A DNA stretch of 19,220 bases from NCBI GenBank assembly GCA_041690295.1, contig JAWLHR010000029.1, positions 1-19,220 on the forward strand, written 5' to 3'. Shown here in pieces: positions 18,718-19,220 of the stretch (position 1 is its first letter; every line of letters begins with the position of its first letter). The notes under the pieces were generated by a model that was given only the letters and a program-made list of their open reading frames with translations, was not told the DNA's origin and searched no databases. Origin of the DNA: Bdellovibrionales bacterium. GTDB taxonomy: Bacteria; Bdellovibrionota; Bdellovibrionia; Bdellovibrionales; UBA1609. A program made the position numbers and the translations under genes.

Positions 18718-18778
18718 CCGCCAAGAGGTCGTTCAAAATTGGCGGACCCGGAAAAGCCGGAGTGCGACTTTTTCAAGT
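18682..18778 (-). ncRNA. Candidate small structured RNA
   Basis: Extended -10 TGcTAAACT (18790-18782) upstream, consecutive hairpins with G-U pairs valid only on the minus strand, and a terminal intrinsic terminator. No family recognised. Confidence 0.3.
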
Positions 18779-18942
18779 GGGAGTTTAGCAAGCTCTCCCG
18801 TGAACAAAGAGAGCAGAATTTTCTCTTGGAGAGATTAGCCGGTCCGGCCGAATTTCGTCAGCCTTGGCATCTGTTTGAATTCAGAGAGTTTCACGCGGCA
18901 GTGGGCGCCCTTCGACACCGGAAGGGCTGAAAAGGTTTCGAG

Positions 18943-19220
18943 AACTGCCCCACTAGCCTGCACCTGAAGGCCCAGCCCGAATCATATTATTGTGATAAAC
19001 CGCATAGATGGCGAGATGAAGGCGCAATCTATTAGGAATTTTCGTTGTGCACCAGGTCTTCCTCACTAGCCTATTTATGTTGGCTCGAAGCATCGCACAC
19101 GTGTGATTCAAGCTAAAAAGTGGATCAAATCGGATCTTCTTCAATTCCCCCTGTCCGACAATCGAACCTCTTTGCCCCTTAAAGCGCTCATGCGAATTTA
19201 AAGGAAAGTGGCGTCTTAAG
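18943..19220 (-). mobile_element. IS1-like insertion sequence, right copy (3' part only)
   Basis: Reverse-complement match to 532..809 with 13 substitutions and no indels. Confidence 0.85.
18953..19219 (-). CDS. IS1-like transposase, C-terminal portion (runs off the window)
   Basis: Translates [18 protein letters not shown]...IRAGPSGAG*, identical to the left copy except H->N in IP(H/N)RLR. Confidence 0.88.
   Translation of the reverse strand, partial: LRRHFPLNSHERFKGQRGSIVGQGELKKIRFDPLFSLNHTCAMLRANINRLVRKTWCTTKIPNRLRLHLAIYAVYHNNMIRAGPSGAG

Noticed and set aside
18762..18778. Minus strand ACTTGAAAAAGTCGCAC matches 16/17 nt of the S. pyogenes tracrRNA stem-loop region (ACTTGAAAAAGTGGCAC)
   Set aside because: The match does not extend either way. 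There is no anti-repeat, cas gene, array or RuvC/HNH protein in the window, so it is treated as coincidence.
18826..18890. GGAGAGA...CCGAA resembling a glycine riboswitch; also GGGTCCGCCA (18749-18740, minus) resembling a tRNA 3' end
   Set aside because: The downstream CTCTCAGG core is missing on the same strand, and no T-loop or cloverleaf can be built.
18712..18930. 72-aa + strand ORF after fadJ
   Set aside because: It starts inside the terminator hairpin, has no RBS or recognisable motif, and the region is better explained as structured non-coding DNA.

Overview
A bacterial chromosomal segment with moderately high GC. Gene content and protein style suggest Bdellovibrionota or a related delta-proteobacterial lineage (inference only). 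Both ends of the window lie inside copies of the same IS1-like transposase element in inverted, inward-pointing orientation: 1..809 on + and 18943..19220 on -. The copies differ at 13 of 278 aligned bases, almost all synonymous. Between them, in order: betA (its stop codon lies inside the IS end) divergent from a BCCT betaine-type transporter; a Pro-tailed lipoprotein; a GYF-domain protein with out-of-register Ig-like repeats; a lemA-TPM-TPM operon; an L,D-transpeptidase; a lipase-maturation-factor family protein; YjgN/DUF898; hflX; maeB; a fadI-fadJ beta-oxidation pair; and a ~260-nt hairpin-rich intergenic tract ending in a minus-strand terminator. The best leads are (i) the transposase family with an apparent D-D-N triad, purifying selection and a very short 3' end, (ii) the GYF protein with permuted half-domain repeats, which could polymerise or close on itself, and (iii) a candidate small RNA between fadJ and the right IS copy. 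No CRISPR array, rRNA or tRNA was seen.
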